Below, one piece after another: positions 27,191 through 37,448 of a stretch of DNA of 64,000 bases. Each line of letters begins with the position of its first letter. The first letter of the stretch is position 1. The stretch lies in the NCBI GenBank assembly GCA_963807165.1, contig CAWDZM010000001.1, forward strand, positions 119,963-183,962, written 5' to 3'. A model generated the notes under the pieces. It did not search any database. It was not told the origin of the DNA and saw only the letters and a list, made by a program, of their open reading frames with translations. The position numbers and the translations under genes were made by a program. The DNA is from an uncultured bacterium. GTDB taxonomy: Bacteria > Patescibacteriota > Minisyncoccia > UBA6257 > 2-01-FULL-56-20.

Positions 27191-27397
27191 ATGAAAAAAC
27201 TCCTGAAATTTATGGGGATCAATAGACATCCAGAAGGTGTGGCGCTGGATAGAGCAGAGAAAAAAGAGCTTTTTGCCCTCTCTTCGAAGCGTTTTACCGA
27301 TTTGGATCACGAAGGAAGGCGAAGGCTTTTAGAGATTAGTGCTAAAGATTTTTCCAGAAAATTTTCTGGAGTGATTAAAGATCTTTCTCGTGAGTAA
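27191..27397 (+). CDS. hypothetical small protein in an AT-rich islet
   Basis: ORF only. Confidence 0.2.
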   Translation: MKKLLKFMGINRHPEGVALDRAEKKELFALSSKRFTDLDHEGRRRLLEISAKDFSRKFSGVIKDLSRE

Positions 27398-27608
27398 GTG
27401 GATCTATCCAGATAGAGAAACATTAAAATGGTGGGGAGAATATCTTGAAGACCCCACTATTCTTTGCATGAATTGCCGCTTACGCCAGGAATGGGTCAAC
27501 ACGGTATCTAACACCTTATTGTTATTAAATTCGATCATTATAACGATGAAATTTATCATAATGGAGCTCATGTCCTATATAAAGTTTGCAAAAATCATCA
27601 TTTTATAA
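27390..27608 (+). CDS. hypothetical small protein in an AT-rich islet
   Basis: ORF only, overlaps the previous one by 8 nt. Confidence 0.2.
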   Translation: MSKWIYPDRETLKWWGEYLEDPTILCMNCRLRQEWVNTVSNTLLLLNSIIITMKFIIMELMSYIKFAKIIIL

Positions 27609-27880
27609 ACGGAAATAAGAGAGCTCCCTTATTGTTTTATGTCTTTTTTGCATCATTAATGGATATATGACACGTGATATACGGAAGAAATAAATAATCT
27701 TGCCAAACAAACTGCTGATATCAATGGAAGTCAAAATTATGAAGAGACATTAGGAATATCCAAAAAATATTAAAAGGGGTAATCGTCCCGATTTCAAAGG
27801 GTTAGGATGTTTAAATATTAAATCCCCCATTTTGACCAGTTTATGACCATGGACACCCAAAATCTCTGAAATAGCGTATA

Positions 27881-28870
27881 ATGGAGGGTATGATCCCGGA
27901 CGACATAAAAGCCTACGGTAAACAGTTCGATTTTGAGCCAAATATCGAAAACGCCGCCAAACTCAAGAAGTTTGGCAAATTTGTGGTTGTGGGCATGGGC
28001 GGATCTCATTTGGCGGCCGATATCATCAAGGCGTGGCATCCGGAGATCGACATTGTGGTGTGGTCCAATTACGGACTGCCGCCGCTTGCCGAGAAAGACC
28101 TCAAAGAGCGCCTCATCATCTTGAGCTCATATTCGGGAAGCACTGAAGAGGTGCTCGATGCGTTCGCCGTGGCGAAGACAAAGAAACTTTCGATGGTGGC
28201 GCTCGCGACGCACGGAAAATTGATCTCGCTTGCCGATAAGGCAAAGATTCCGTATGTGCGCATTCCGGACACGCACATCCAGCCGCGCATGGCGACGGGT
28301 TTGATGCTCAAAGCGTTGCTTGCGCTGATGGGCGAGAAGAACCTGCTCGCGGAAGCGAAGGCGCTTTCCACTCAGATACATCCGTCGCGGGAAGAGTTGC
28401 GTGGCAAAGATCTCGCGCGGCGCATTCACGGTGTGGTGCCGATTATCTATGCGTCCACGCGCAATCAGGCGCTGGCTTATAACTGGAAGATCAAGTTCAA
28501 CGAGACGAGCAAGATCCCGGCGTTCTATAATATCGTCCCCGAGCTGAACCATAACGAGATGACGAGCTTCGACGTGAAGACGAAAACCATGCCGCTTTCG
28601 CGCAATTTTCATTTTATATTTTTGAAGGATGCGGGCGACGATCGCCGCCTCATTAAGCGCATGAATGTGCTCGAAAAACTGTATCGTGATCGTGGATTCA
28701 AGACAGAGATCATTTTGCTCCAGGGAAAAACGGAACTAAATAAGATTTTTAACGCGCTCAACCTTGCGGATTGGACGGCGTACTATAGCGCAAAGATGTA
28801 TGGCGTGGAAGCGGAGCAGGTGCCGATGGTGGAAGAGTTTAAAAAGCTGATCGCGCGGAACACTCAATAG
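27881..28870 (+). CDS. pgi: bifunctional phosphoglucose/phosphomannose isomerase (SIS domain, archaeal-type PGI/PMI)
   Basis: FVVVGMGGSHLAADIIKAW...SYSGSTEEVLDAF (SIS motif), ~330 aa; TATAAT immediately upstream. Confidence 0.7.
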   Translation: MEGMIPDDIKAYGKQFDFEPNIENAAKLKKFGKFVVVGMGGSHLAADIIKAWHPEIDIVVWSNYGLPPLAEKDLKERLIILSSYSGSTEEVLDAFAVAKTKKLSMVALATHGKLISLADKAKIPYVRIPDTHIQPRMATGLMLKALLALMGEKNLLAEAKALSTQIHPSREELRGKDLARRIHGVVPIIYASTRNQALAYNWKIKFNETSKIPAFYNIVPELNHNEMTSFDVKTKTMPLSRNFHFIFLKDAGDDRRLIKRMNVLEKLYRDRGFKTEIILLQGKTELNKIFNALNLADWTAYYSAKMYGVEAEQVPMVEEFKKLIARNTQ

Positions 28871-28945
28871 AGAGTGGAGGGTGCGCACCAAATAGTGTAA
28901 GATAATCGTATAGCGAGGTGTAGTAAGCAGCAGTACCTTGTTGTA

Positions 28946-29257
28946 TTGAGAATTCATTTTCATCCCCAGGAGGAAGAAAATTTGAAAAAGAAAAAAGGAA
29001 AGATTTCCGAATTGTTTTCTCCGCTGTTGTTCGCGATGTTTTACCTTGTGGTGTTCTTCTTTTTGAAGTCGCGCTTTCATTTGATGGCAAATTCGATCGG
29101 ACTGGAGCGATTCATCGGACACCAAAACGCGAGCTATGCGCCATCATTTCTGTCAGGGATCGTTACGCTTTTCCTCTTGTACATCGGGTGGCTCTATATA
29201 TCCACGAGGAATAAAGCGAAGTCCTCTTTGCCGGAAAAATACTCCACGCGTCCCTAG
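28946..29257 (+). CDS. hypothetical small membrane protein
   Basis: ORF with two hydrophobic segments; start uncertain. Confidence 0.3.
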   Translation: MRIHFHPQEEENLKKKKGKISELFSPLLFAMFYLVVFFFLKSRFHLMANSIGLERFIGHQNASYAPSFLSGIVTLFLLYIGWLYISTRNKAKSSLPEKYSTRP

Positions 29258-29351
29258 CGTGAAACATTACACCATGCCGTCTATCGTTGCCGGGCGCCTC
29301 ATCGGCACCTGGCAATTTTTTTAGAAACTTTTAACAGCGGCACGGGGTATA

Positions 29352-29732
29352 ATGGAGGAGATGGCATTTCTTAAGAAGCCGATCCAATTGCAGTGGACAC
29401 TCCATGCGCGGGCAAAGATGAACCATTATCGGTTGAGCCCTGCGCGGGTGCGGCACGTGCTCCATTCACCAAAGCGGGTGGAAGAAGGCGTTGCGCCGAA
29501 GACGGTGGCGATGATGCAGCCGGTTTCGATAAAAACCGCCGGTGGCCGGCCGGGCGCTCATCTTGCTCATGCTGGTGCAAAGCCGGAGTCGTGGACGCAG
29601 GAGATCTGGGTGATGGTGCAGGACGTGGCTGGCGCGCGGAAAGTGATCAGCGCGTGGCGCTATCCGGGCGTCACAAAACCCCGGGCACTGGCATTCCTTA
29701 AAAAAGAATATGGCGAATTTATAAATTCATGA
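29352..29732 (+). CDS. hypothetical protein, DUF4258-like
   Basis: WTLHARAKMNHYRLSPARVRHVL resembles the HAxxRMxxRxI...VxxVL motif of DUF4258. Confidence 0.35.
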   Translation: MEEMAFLKKPIQLQWTLHARAKMNHYRLSPARVRHVLHSPKRVEEGVAPKTVAMMQPVSIKTAGGRPGAHLAHAGAKPESWTQEIWVMVQDVAGARKVISAWRYPGVTKPRALAFLKKEYGEFINS

Positions 29733-30172
29733 TCATCACCAGCCCTTCATTTGACGACGGGGGCACGATCCCGAAAAAATTTACGTGCGATGGCGGGGAT
29801 ATGAACCCCGAGCTTTTAATACAAAATGTGCCGATGGAGGCACAAAGCCTCGCGTTGATCCTCCATGATCCAGATGCGCCAATGCCCGGAGGTTTTACGC
29901 ACTGGGTGGTTTGGAATATCGATCCGCGCACGACGATCATCAAAGATGAGAGTATCCCGCCGGGGAGCGTGGAAGGGGAGAATGACGCGCGCCACACCGG
30001 ATATTTTGCCCCTTGCCCGCCGCCCGGAGCGCCGCATCATTATCATTTCCAACTCTATGCGCTCGACGCGGTCCTCGATCTGTCCGAAGGCACGCCCGCA
30101 GCGGCGCTTCGGGCAGAGATCGAAAAACACCTCATCGCGGGCGCAGAGCTCGTTGGAACTTACGGACGATGA
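29729..30172 (+). CDS. YbhB/YbcL-family PEBP (Raf kinase inhibitor-like) protein
   Basis: LILHDPDAPMPGGFTHWVVWNI...HHYHFQLYALD. Confidence 0.8.
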   Translation: MIITSPSFDDGGTIPKKFTCDGGDMNPELLIQNVPMEAQSLALILHDPDAPMPGGFTHWVVWNIDPRTTIIKDESIPPGSVEGENDARHTGYFAPCPPPGAPHHYHFQLYALDAVLDLSEGTPAAALRAEIEKHLIAGAELVGTYGR

Positions 30173-30789
30173 AAAAAATAAAACAGAGCCTCGCCGAAGT
30201 GCGTGTGGCGCATGCGGCGGACGATGATGCACAACTGATCGCGGCGTTTATGAAGGGTGATGGCGATTCGTTCGCGGCGCTCGTAGACCGGTACATGCCG
30301 ATGGTCTATAAGTTTATCTATCGCTATGCGGGCAACGCCGACGCCGCGAACGATATCGTGCAGGACGTGTTTATTAAAGTATGGAAGAACATTAAAAAAT
30401 TCGATCAGAAAAAGAATTTTAAGACGTGGCTGCTTACTATTGCCAAAAATACCGCACTTGATGCCATCAAAAAGAAAAAAGGAATTTTATTCTCAAGGAT
30501 AGAAGACGGCGAAACCGACCTTGATGCGTTCCTTGCGCCGTACATCGAGAGCCCGGATTTGCCGGACGAATTACTCCAAAAAAAGCAGACGAAGGCGGAG
30601 CTTGCCCGGGTGCTCCAGGAGTTAAATCCTTCCTATCGGAGCGTTCTTTTGTTGCGTTATGCCGAGCATCTGAAGTTCCGGGAAATAGCAGCCACACTCC
30701 AGGAACCCGTCGATACCATCAAAAGCAAACATCGCCGGGCTCTTATCCAATTAAGGGCAATGCTCTCCGGCACCCAAATAGAAGAATAG
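30169..30789 (+). CDS. ECF-subfamily RNA polymerase sigma factor
   Basis: Sigma-70 region 2 (VQDVFIKVWKNIKKFD...FKTWLLTIAKN) and region 4 (SVLLLRYAEHLKFREIAATLQEPVDTIKSKHRRALIQLR); ATGA overlap with the upstream gene. Confidence 0.8.
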   Translation: MKKIKQSLAEVRVAHAADDDAQLIAAFMKGDGDSFAALVDRYMPMVYKFIYRYAGNADAANDIVQDVFIKVWKNIKKFDQKKNFKTWLLTIAKNTALDAIKKKKGILFSRIEDGETDLDAFLAPYIESPDLPDELLQKKQTKAELARVLQELNPSYRSVLLLRYAEHLKFREIAATLQEPVDTIKSKHRRALIQLRAMLSGTQIEE

Positions 30790-30800
30790 TTCGTATAATA

Positions 30801-31247
30801 ATGAAAGGTAATCAGACCTCCCTTATGGATATGGATCATCAATTCGAAAAACTTCTCTCCACCTTCCAGGCTCCTGAGCCGCCAGCCGGTTTGACGGAGA
30901 GGATACTGTTGCGGATCGAACGGCACGAACGGCGGGTGCTTGGGTTTAAGATCGCCGCTTCGGCGTGCGCGTTTGGCGTATCGGTAGGCGTTGCAGTAGC
31001 GGGATATATCAATCTGGTCGCGAGCCTTTCGCAGTCGGGATTCTTCCAGATATTCTCGCTTATGTTTTCTGACTTCTCATCGATGGCCGCGAACTTTCCA
31101 GACTTTGCAATATCCCTTACCGAATCATTCCCGATCTTTACGACTGCGTTGCTTTTGGCCGGGGTGATGTTTGCCATCTGGTCCATGGCGGCGCTTATCG
31201 ACGAAGCATCCGTGATGCGTACGGGCAGATTTTTTGCGGCACAATAA
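30801..31247 (+). CDS. putative anti-sigma factor (membrane protein downstream of ECF sigma)
   Basis: Gene order; TM helices; no conserved motif. Confidence 0.45.
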   Translation: MKGNQTSLMDMDHQFEKLLSTFQAPEPPAGLTERILLRIERHERRVLGFKIAASACAFGVSVGVAVAGYINLVASLSQSGFFQIFSLMFSDFSSMAANFPDFAISLTESFPIFTTALLLAGVMFAIWSMAALIDEASVMRTGRFFAAQ

Positions 31248-31259
31248 TATAAAAATGTA

Positions 31260-31721
31260 ATGAGCAATCTTTTGGAATCAAGAAAGGTGCGGGCGGTGCT
31301 GTATATATTAGGAGGACTGATCGTCCTCTTTGTGGTGTTTGGATTGGGTATCGCCGTCGGATATGACCGCGCGGGGTTCGCCGCAGGCTTCGACCAGAAT
31401 TATTATCGAAATTTTTATGGAGGAGTCCCGCGTGGAGCGGTGGGGATTATGGCACCGCCGATGCCGGTAGCTATCCATGGCGTGGTGGGAATGGTCATTG
31501 ATGTCGGTACGTCTACTATCTCGGTAAAGGATAGCCAAAATAATGAACAGTCGATAGCGGTGTCCTCGGGAACCGCTATCCGGAGCGGCGGAGCCGACAT
31601 TGCGATCGGGGATGTGGCGCCGGGCGATCAAATCGCGGTGATCGGAGAGCCCAATGCCGAAGGCCAGATAGATGCCCGCTTTATTCGCGTGCTTATAACA
31701 TCATCGTCGACCACAAATTAA
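31260..31721 (+). CDS. hypothetical membrane-anchored protein (DUF5666-like C-terminus)
   Basis: N-terminal TM; C-terminal GDQIAVIGEPNAEGQIDARFIRVL. Confidence 0.45.
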   Translation: MSNLLESRKVRAVLYILGGLIVLFVVFGLGIAVGYDRAGFAAGFDQNYYRNFYGGVPRGAVGIMAPPMPVAIHGVVGMVIDVGTSTISVKDSQNNEQSIAVSSGTAIRSGGADIAIGDVAPGDQIAVIGEPNAEGQIDARFIRVLITSSSTTN

Positions 31722-31738
31722 TTTAATTTTATTTTCAT

Positions 31739-33616
31739 ATGTTCAGCAGTATAAAAAACAAACTGGGCGGCGTAGTGCGATATGCACGGGTGCATAAGAG
31801 TATCTCGGTGATTGTTATCGTTGTGGTCGTCGGTGGCGGATATTATTGGTATAGCGCCGCAAGCGTTGCGCCGACCGTCACAAAGTATGTCGTAGAAAAT
31901 GCGACTGATGGAACGATCGTCTCGTCGGTCTCCGGCACTGGCCAGGTACAGGCGGGCACGACGATCAATGTGGCTGCAAAAGTTTCTGAGACGGTGACTT
32001 CTATACCGGTGACGGTCGGAGAGCATGTTGCCGCGGGGCAAACATTGGTACGTCTTGATCCCACGAACGAGCAACGCGCACTCGCGCAGGCCCAGCTTGC
32101 GCTGGAACAGGCGCAGTTGACCGCGCAGGAAACCGATCAAGTGGCGACGACGACGCTCTTGCAACAGCAGGATGCTGTGACGACGGGTGAACAGGCGGTG
32201 GTGAATGCTTCGACAACGCTTGCCCAGGATTACATCACCGGATTCAATAATCTTGGCGGGACTTTTGTTAATTTACAGACGGTGATCACGGGATTGCAGA
32301 ATTTCATGAAAGGACGGGATGTGAGCGCGAACCAGGATGACCCCGATGCATTCCTCAACTTGATGCCAGTCTATCTTCAGCCAGGACTCACTCCTTATGA
32401 AACCGCTTTGACCGCGCAATATGCGACCGCGCTTGCTGCGTATCAGCAAAACATCACAGATTATCACGCAGTAAGCGCGAGCTCCAGTCCGGCGACACTC
32501 GATGCGCTTTTTGCGGAAACGAATAATACTGCCGAAGCGATCAGTGCGACCGTCAAAGATGGAAAGGATTTCTTTAATTATATATTTAACAACTATCCGG
32601 TCAGCGCGAACGGGAGTCAGGCGTTGCCGGCGGTCACCAACACGTTCCAAACGGATTTCTCCACCTACACAACAACGATGGATAGCGTGGTCTCTGGTTT
32701 ACAGGGCACAATAAGTGGCATCGCCGCAGATCAAAACAGTATCATTAATACGAATAATTCTCTGACGCAGGCGAGCGAGACGCTTGCAGAAACGCTCGCC
32801 GGACCCACACCGACAACGCTTCTTGGTCAGCAGATCAGCCTGCAGACTGCGCAGAACAATCTTACGACCGCGCAGGAAAATCTTGCGTACACATCGGTGA
32901 CTGCCCCGATCTCGGGAATCGTCTCTGCGATTACCGCCACCATCGGTGCTACGCCCGGTTCTAACGCAGTGACGATCGTGGGGGACGGCGAAGTTGCCCA
33001 GGTGACGTTGAACGAGATTGATGCAGCGAAGGTTTCGTTGGGCGACAAAGCAACATTGAACTTCGACGCGATCAGCGGGCTTTCCCTCGCAGGAACGGTC
33101 GTGGAGATCGATCCGGTGGGAACGGTGAGTCAGGGGGTAGTAAGTTACAACGTACAGATCGGTTTTTCTCAGCCGACAGACACCTCGAGTACCGATCAGG
33201 TCAAGCCGGGCATGAGTGTGACGGCAAATATCGTGACGCAAGTGGATCAGAATGTGATCGCCGTGCCGAACGCAGCGATTGTGACGTCAGGCGGTTCATC
33301 ATATATTCTTGAGCCTGCCACTCCACTTTCCGCTACGGATCTTGCATCAAGCGCAAATGGCGGCATCGTGATCGCGGCAACAAAGCAGGTGCCGGTGAGG
33401 CTCGGATTGACGAATGACACGATGTCCGAGGTTTCTTCGGGAGTGAACATTGGCGACCAAATTATCGTGCAAACTATTAAATCTACGACTGCCGCAAAAA
33501 CGACGGCATCGGCAGGCGGCACGAGCGCACTCCAGTTGCTCGGCGGCGCTGGCGGTGGCACTCGGGTAGGCGGCGCTGGCGGCGGTGGATTTACCCGTGG
33601 CGCGGCAATACCATAA
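31739..33616 (+). CDS. HlyD/MacA-family periplasmic adaptor (membrane fusion protein) with long coiled coil
   Basis: N-terminal TM, biotin-lipoyl-like VQAGTTINVAAKVSETVTSIPVTVGEHVAAGQTLVRLD, long Gln/Ala coiled coil, beta-barrel and C-terminal Gly-rich tail. Confidence 0.7.
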   Translation: MFSSIKNKLGGVVRYARVHKSISVIVIVVVVGGGYYWYSAASVAPTVTKYVVENATDGTIVSSVSGTGQVQAGTTINVAAKVSETVTSIPVTVGEHVAAGQTLVRLDPTNEQRALAQAQLALEQAQLTAQETDQVATTTLLQQQDAVTTGEQAVVNASTTLAQDYITGFNNLGGTFVNLQTVITGLQNFMKGRDVSANQDDPDAFLNLMPVYLQPGLTPYETALTAQYATALAAYQQNITDYHAVSASSSPATLDALFAETNNTAEAISATVKDGKDFFNYIFNNYPVSANGSQALPAVTNTFQTDFSTYTTTMDSVVSGLQGTISGIAADQNSIINTNNSLTQASETLAETLAGPTPTTLLGQQISLQTAQNNLTTAQENLAYTSVTAPISGIVSAITATIGATPGSNAVTIVGDGEVAQVTLNEIDAAKVSLGDKATLNFDAISGLSLAGTVVEIDPVGTVSQGVVSYNVQIGFSQPTDTSSTDQVKPGMSVTANIVTQVDQNVIAVPNAAIVTSGGSSYILEPATPLSATDLASSANGGIVIAATKQVPVRLGLTNDTMSEVSSGVNIGDQIIVQTIKSTTAAKTTASAGGTSALQLLGGAGGGTRVGGAGGGGFTRGAAIP

Positions 33617-33629
33617 CAACAGCCAACGA

Positions 33630-34379
33630 ATGGAAAAAGAAAAGGATATTATTGTCTGCAGGGACATTAAAAAAGCATACGGCATGGGCGAGACGGAAGT
33701 GACGGTCTTAAAGGGGATCACGTTCTCCATAAAAGAAGGGGAGTTCGTGGCGATTATGGGACCATCGGGCTCTGGCAAATCCACATTGATGCATATTCTT
33801 GGAGCACTCGACACGCCGACCAGTGGAGAATATTTTTTGGATGGCAAGGATGTTTCCAAACTTTCGGATGAGGAGCTGGCGGATATCCGGCGCGAAAAAA
33901 TTGGGTTTGTCTTCCAAGCCTTCAACCTACTTCCGCGCACAAGCGTTTTGCGTAACGTTTCTTTGCCGCTTATTTATGCCAATATGCCAAAATTTGAACG
34001 AGAAGAGATTGCAAAGAAGGCGCTTACCGATGCAGCGTTCCCGGAAGCATTCTGGGGTTATCATTCCAACCAAATTTCAGGCGGTATGATGCAACGCGTC
34101 GCGATTGCTCGATCGCTTGTGAATAATCCGGCGCTCATCCTTGCCGATGAGCCGACGGGAAATCTTGATTCCAAGACTGGCGAGATCGTGTTGCATACGT
34201 TTCAGAATCTCAACATGACACAGGGGAAGACGGTGGTGCTCATCACTCACGAGCCATATGTGGCGGAGCATGCCGACCGCATCATCCACATTCTTGACGG
34301 CAATATCGTGACCGACGAAAAAAACCATAAAAAGCGCATTGCGCGCAACGAAAAAGATATTCCCCATGACAACACGTGA
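33630..34379 (+). CDS. ABC transporter ATP-binding protein (MacB/LolD-type)
   Basis: Walker [10 protein letters not shown], signature [15 protein letters not shown], Walker [12 protein letters not shown]. Confidence 0.9.
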   Translation: MEKEKDIIVCRDIKKAYGMGETEVTVLKGITFSIKEGEFVAIMGPSGSGKSTLMHILGALDTPTSGEYFLDGKDVSKLSDEELADIRREKIGFVFQAFNLLPRTSVLRNVSLPLIYANMPKFEREEIAKKALTDAAFPEAFWGYHSNQISGGMMQRVAIARSLVNNPALILADEPTGNLDSKTGEIVLHTFQNLNMTQGKTVVLITHEPYVAEHADRIIHILDGNIVTDEKNHKKRIARNEKDIPHDNT

Positions 34380-35610
34380 TCTTTTAGAGGAAACATGGAG
34401 CGCAGTGACCGTCAACAAAGTACGGTCCGGTTTGACGATGCTTGGCATCGTGATCGGCATCGCATCCGTGATCGCGCTCGTCGCGGTCGGACAGGGCTCG
34501 CAGGCGTCCATCCAGGCAAGCGTTGATTCCCTCGGCGCCAATTTGGTCATGATCACGCCGGGCGCAACGGCATCGTTCGGCTCCGGCGTTCGCGCCGCCG
34601 CGGGCAGTGCGCAGACGCTCACGCCCGACGATGCGACCGCGATCGCTTCCGTCAATAACGTTGCGGCCGTCGCGCCGGAGGTGAGCGGTCGCTATCAAGT
34701 CATCTATAAAGGAGAAAACACCAACACAAGTGTGATGGGGACGACCCCGGCATACGAGCAGGTGCGTGATATTTCGATCGACACAGGAAATTTCTTTAGC
34801 GATACCGATGTGACTGATTCAAATCGCGTGGCGGTGATCGGTCCCACGGTATTGCAAACGCTTTTCGCGCCGAGCGCCGATGCGAGCGCGACGCCCGATA
34901 TGGCGATCGGGGCTACCATCCAGATAAAAGGAAATGAGTTTACGGTAATCGGGGTGACGGTTGCGAAGGGTGGAAGTGGATTCAGCAATCAGGATGACAT
35001 GATTTATGTTCCGCTGAATACCGCCCAGCACTATCTTTTGGGAAGCAGTGCATATGTGACAGAAGTTGATGTGGAGGCGTCGACCCAGAGCGCGATGACG
35101 CAGGTGCAGAACGATATCACGACGCTTCTGCTCCAGCGCCATAACATCGCCCTTCCGACGCAGGCCGACTTTACCGTACTAAACCAGGCAAGTATTGTTT
35201 CCACAGCATCGAGCGTCACCGGCACATTTACGACGCTTCTTGCCGCCATCGCGGCAATCTCGCTTGTGGTTGGTGGTATCGGCATCATGAATATGATGCT
35301 TACGACCGTGACCGAGCGCACGCGCGAGATCGGTTTGCGCAAAGCGATCGGCGCAAAAAAGCAGGACATCACGCTCCAGTTCCTCGCCGAGTCGGTGATG
35401 CTTACCTTTGGCGGCGGATTGATCGGGATTATTTTGGGCTGGGCAGCGGCAACGGCCATATCCCTCGTCACCGGTGTCGCCACGAGTGTATCCATTCCTT
35501 ATATCTTGCTCGCATTCTTCGTCTCGGCCGCGATCGGCATCATCTTTGGATATTATCCTGCGCGGCGTGCAGCCGGTTTAAATCCGATCGAGGCTCTTCG
35601 CTATGAATAA
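34366..35610 (+). CDS. ABC transporter permease (MacB-type, FtsX domain)
   Basis: N-terminal TM, large periplasmic domain, C-terminal four TM with GIMNMMLTTVTERTREIGLRKAIGA. Confidence 0.85.
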   Translation: MTTRDLLEETWSAVTVNKVRSGLTMLGIVIGIASVIALVAVGQGSQASIQASVDSLGANLVMITPGATASFGSGVRAAAGSAQTLTPDDATAIASVNNVAAVAPEVSGRYQVIYKGENTNTSVMGTTPAYEQVRDISIDTGNFFSDTDVTDSNRVAVIGPTVLQTLFAPSADASATPDMAIGATIQIKGNEFTVIGVTVAKGGSGFSNQDDMIYVPLNTAQHYLLGSSAYVTEVDVEASTQSAMTQVQNDITTLLLQRHNIALPTQADFTVLNQASIVSTASSVTGTFTTLLAAIAAISLVVGGIGIMNMMLTTVTERTREIGLRKAIGAKKQDITLQFLAESVMLTFGGGLIGIILGWAAATAISLVTGVATSVSIPYILLAFFVSAAIGIIFGYYPARRAAGLNPIEALRYE

Positions 35611-35657
35611 AAAGTCGAAAAAATAAAAAGATTAAAAAATTATTAAATAAAAAAAAT

Positions 35658-36086
35658 ATGAAAAAATATACCGTTCACATTGTTTGGTTAGTGATCGCAC
35701 TGGTAGCATTAGGCGGGGGATACTTCTGGGGAAAGGCAAGCGCCGTACCAACGCGCACGGGATTTGCCGGTGCAGGGACATTTGGTTCTTCTACGCGCAG
35801 GCTGGCAGGCGGTGCGGCAGGGGGAGGATTTACTACGGGGCAGATCCTGACGATGGATAGCTCGAGTATCACACTTCAACTCCCGAACGGAAATTCGCAG
35901 GTGGTATTTTATTCCAGTTCAACGATGGTATCCGAGCCGACGATGGTATCGCCGAGCGCGCTCAAGACGGGAACCATGGTGATGGTGGGAGGAACATCAA
36001 ATTCCGACGGCAGTTTGACCGCAACAACGATTCAGGTGCGCACGAGCGGTACTGCCGGGGGCGCTCCTACGGGAGCCGGACAATAG
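35658..36086 (+). CDS. hypothetical secreted/membrane-anchored protein (DUF5666-like)
   Basis: TM/signal sequence, Gly/Thr-rich, ITLQLPNGNSQVV...TATTIQVR. Confidence 0.45.
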   Translation: MKKYTVHIVWLVIALVALGGGYFWGKASAVPTRTGFAGAGTFGSSTRRLAGGAAGGGFTTGQILTMDSSSITLQLPNGNSQVVFYSSSTMVSEPTMVSPSALKTGTMVMVGGTSNSDGSLTATTIQVRTSGTAGGAPTGAGQ

Positions 36087-36092
36087 ACAGTC

Positions 36093-36127
36093 GATAGCAT
36101 AAAAAACCTCCGTGCGCACGGAGGTTT
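36093..36127 (+). terminator. rho-independent terminator
   Basis: aaaaaacctccgtgcgcacggaggtttttt. Confidence 0.8.
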
Positions 36128-36224
36128 TTTAGTTATGCACAACGCAGGATTTGTCCATAAGAAAAGAGTTATATAATACGCGTATGGTCTGCCGCGGATC
36201 ACTGGTCGGCGGTTTCAGCGTTCC

Positions 36225-37448
36225 TTGCCAAATACTTTTACGATGCCGATAAAAAAAGCCAGCACAAAAAAGCCAGGACTTCAAAAGGAAAAAACGATGC
36301 GCAAAAAAGTTGCGCCGGTATCTCGCGCGCAACGGCAGAAAAAATTGCTTCGTATCGTTCAGCGCGCAAAGCCGATCGTGATACAAAAACGGGTGCATCA
36401 ACTTGAACGGCATGAGAGCAATCCGATCATCGAACCGCGCCCGGCGAATTATTGGGAGATGAAGGCGACATTCAACCCCGGTGCGATCTATGCCGACCAC
36501 CGTGTCCACTTGCTCTATCGCGCGATCGGCGGCGATGATGTTTCGGTGTTGGGGTACGCCGCGAGTGATGACGGCGTTTCATTTGCCGAACGGCCGAATG
36601 AACCGGCGTATCGTCCATTCACTATAAAGAGTACGACGCCAAAGAAACAACAAAAAATGCTCAGCCCCGCATATTTTTCCGGCGGGGGATGGAACGGCGG
36701 ATGCGAAGACCCGCGCCTCACACTCATTGATGACACGGTCTACCTTACCTATACCGCGTTCGATGGCTGGGGTTCGATCCGCATCGCGCTTTCCTCGATC
36801 GGACTCGAAGATTTTTTGAATAAACAGTGGAAGTGGAAGAAGCCGGCGATGATATCGCCGCCCGGACAGATCCATAAAAACTGGGTGATCTTTCCGGAGA
36901 AGATCCATGGAAAGTTTGCGATCCTGCACGGGATTACGCCGGAGGTGCTCGTTGAGTATGTTGACTCGTTGGATTTTGATGACTCTGCTTTTATTAAAAG
37001 CTCACGGCCTTCCAATGATAGAGTGGAGCTTCGGAAGGGAGTGTGGGATAGTCGCGTGAGGGGAGTGGGCCCGTCGCCGATGAAGACCAGTGAAGGATGG
37101 CTGGTGCTCTATCACGCGATTGATGAGGAGCACGATCCGGGTCGCTATAAACTTGGCGCGATGATCCTTGCCCTCGATGATCCGACAAAAGTGCTCTATC
37201 GTTCGCGCATGCCGATCCTTGAACCGGATTTTGATTATGAGAACAGCGGGTTCAAGGCGGGCGTGGTCTATTCCTGTGGCGCGGTCATAAAAGACGGCGA
37301 GCTCTATGTCTATTACGGCGGTGCCGACTCGGTGACGTGCGTCGCGATGGCGAACCTGAAAAAATTTTTACATGAGCTCAAAATACACGGCGCGCCAAAG
37401 TTACAGCAAGAAAAAACAACGGCACCAAAGACCAATGGCTGGCGCTAA
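36225..37448 (+). CDS. glycoside hydrolase family 130 (DUF377; beta-mannoside phosphorylase/glycosidase-like) with Lys-rich N-terminus
   Basis: NPIIEPRP..WEMKATFNPGAIY...GGCEDPRLTLIDDTVYLTYTAFDG...LYHAID...YYGGAD; start could be 36297. Confidence 0.7.
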   Translation: MPNTFTMPIKKASTKKPGLQKEKTMRKKVAPVSRAQRQKKLLRIVQRAKPIVIQKRVHQLERHESNPIIEPRPANYWEMKATFNPGAIYADHRVHLLYRAIGGDDVSVLGYAASDDGVSFAERPNEPAYRPFTIKSTTPKKQQKMLSPAYFSGGGWNGGCEDPRLTLIDDTVYLTYTAFDGWGSIRIALSSIGLEDFLNKQWKWKKPAMISPPGQIHKNWVIFPEKIHGKFAILHGITPEVLVEYVDSLDFDDSAFIKSSRPSNDRVELRKGVWDSRVRGVGPSPMKTSEGWLVLYHAIDEEHDPGRYKLGAMILALDDPTKVLYRSRMPILEPDFDYENSGFKAGVVYSCGAVIKDGELYVYYGGADSVTCVAMANLKKFLHELKIHGAPKLQQEKTTAPKTNGWR

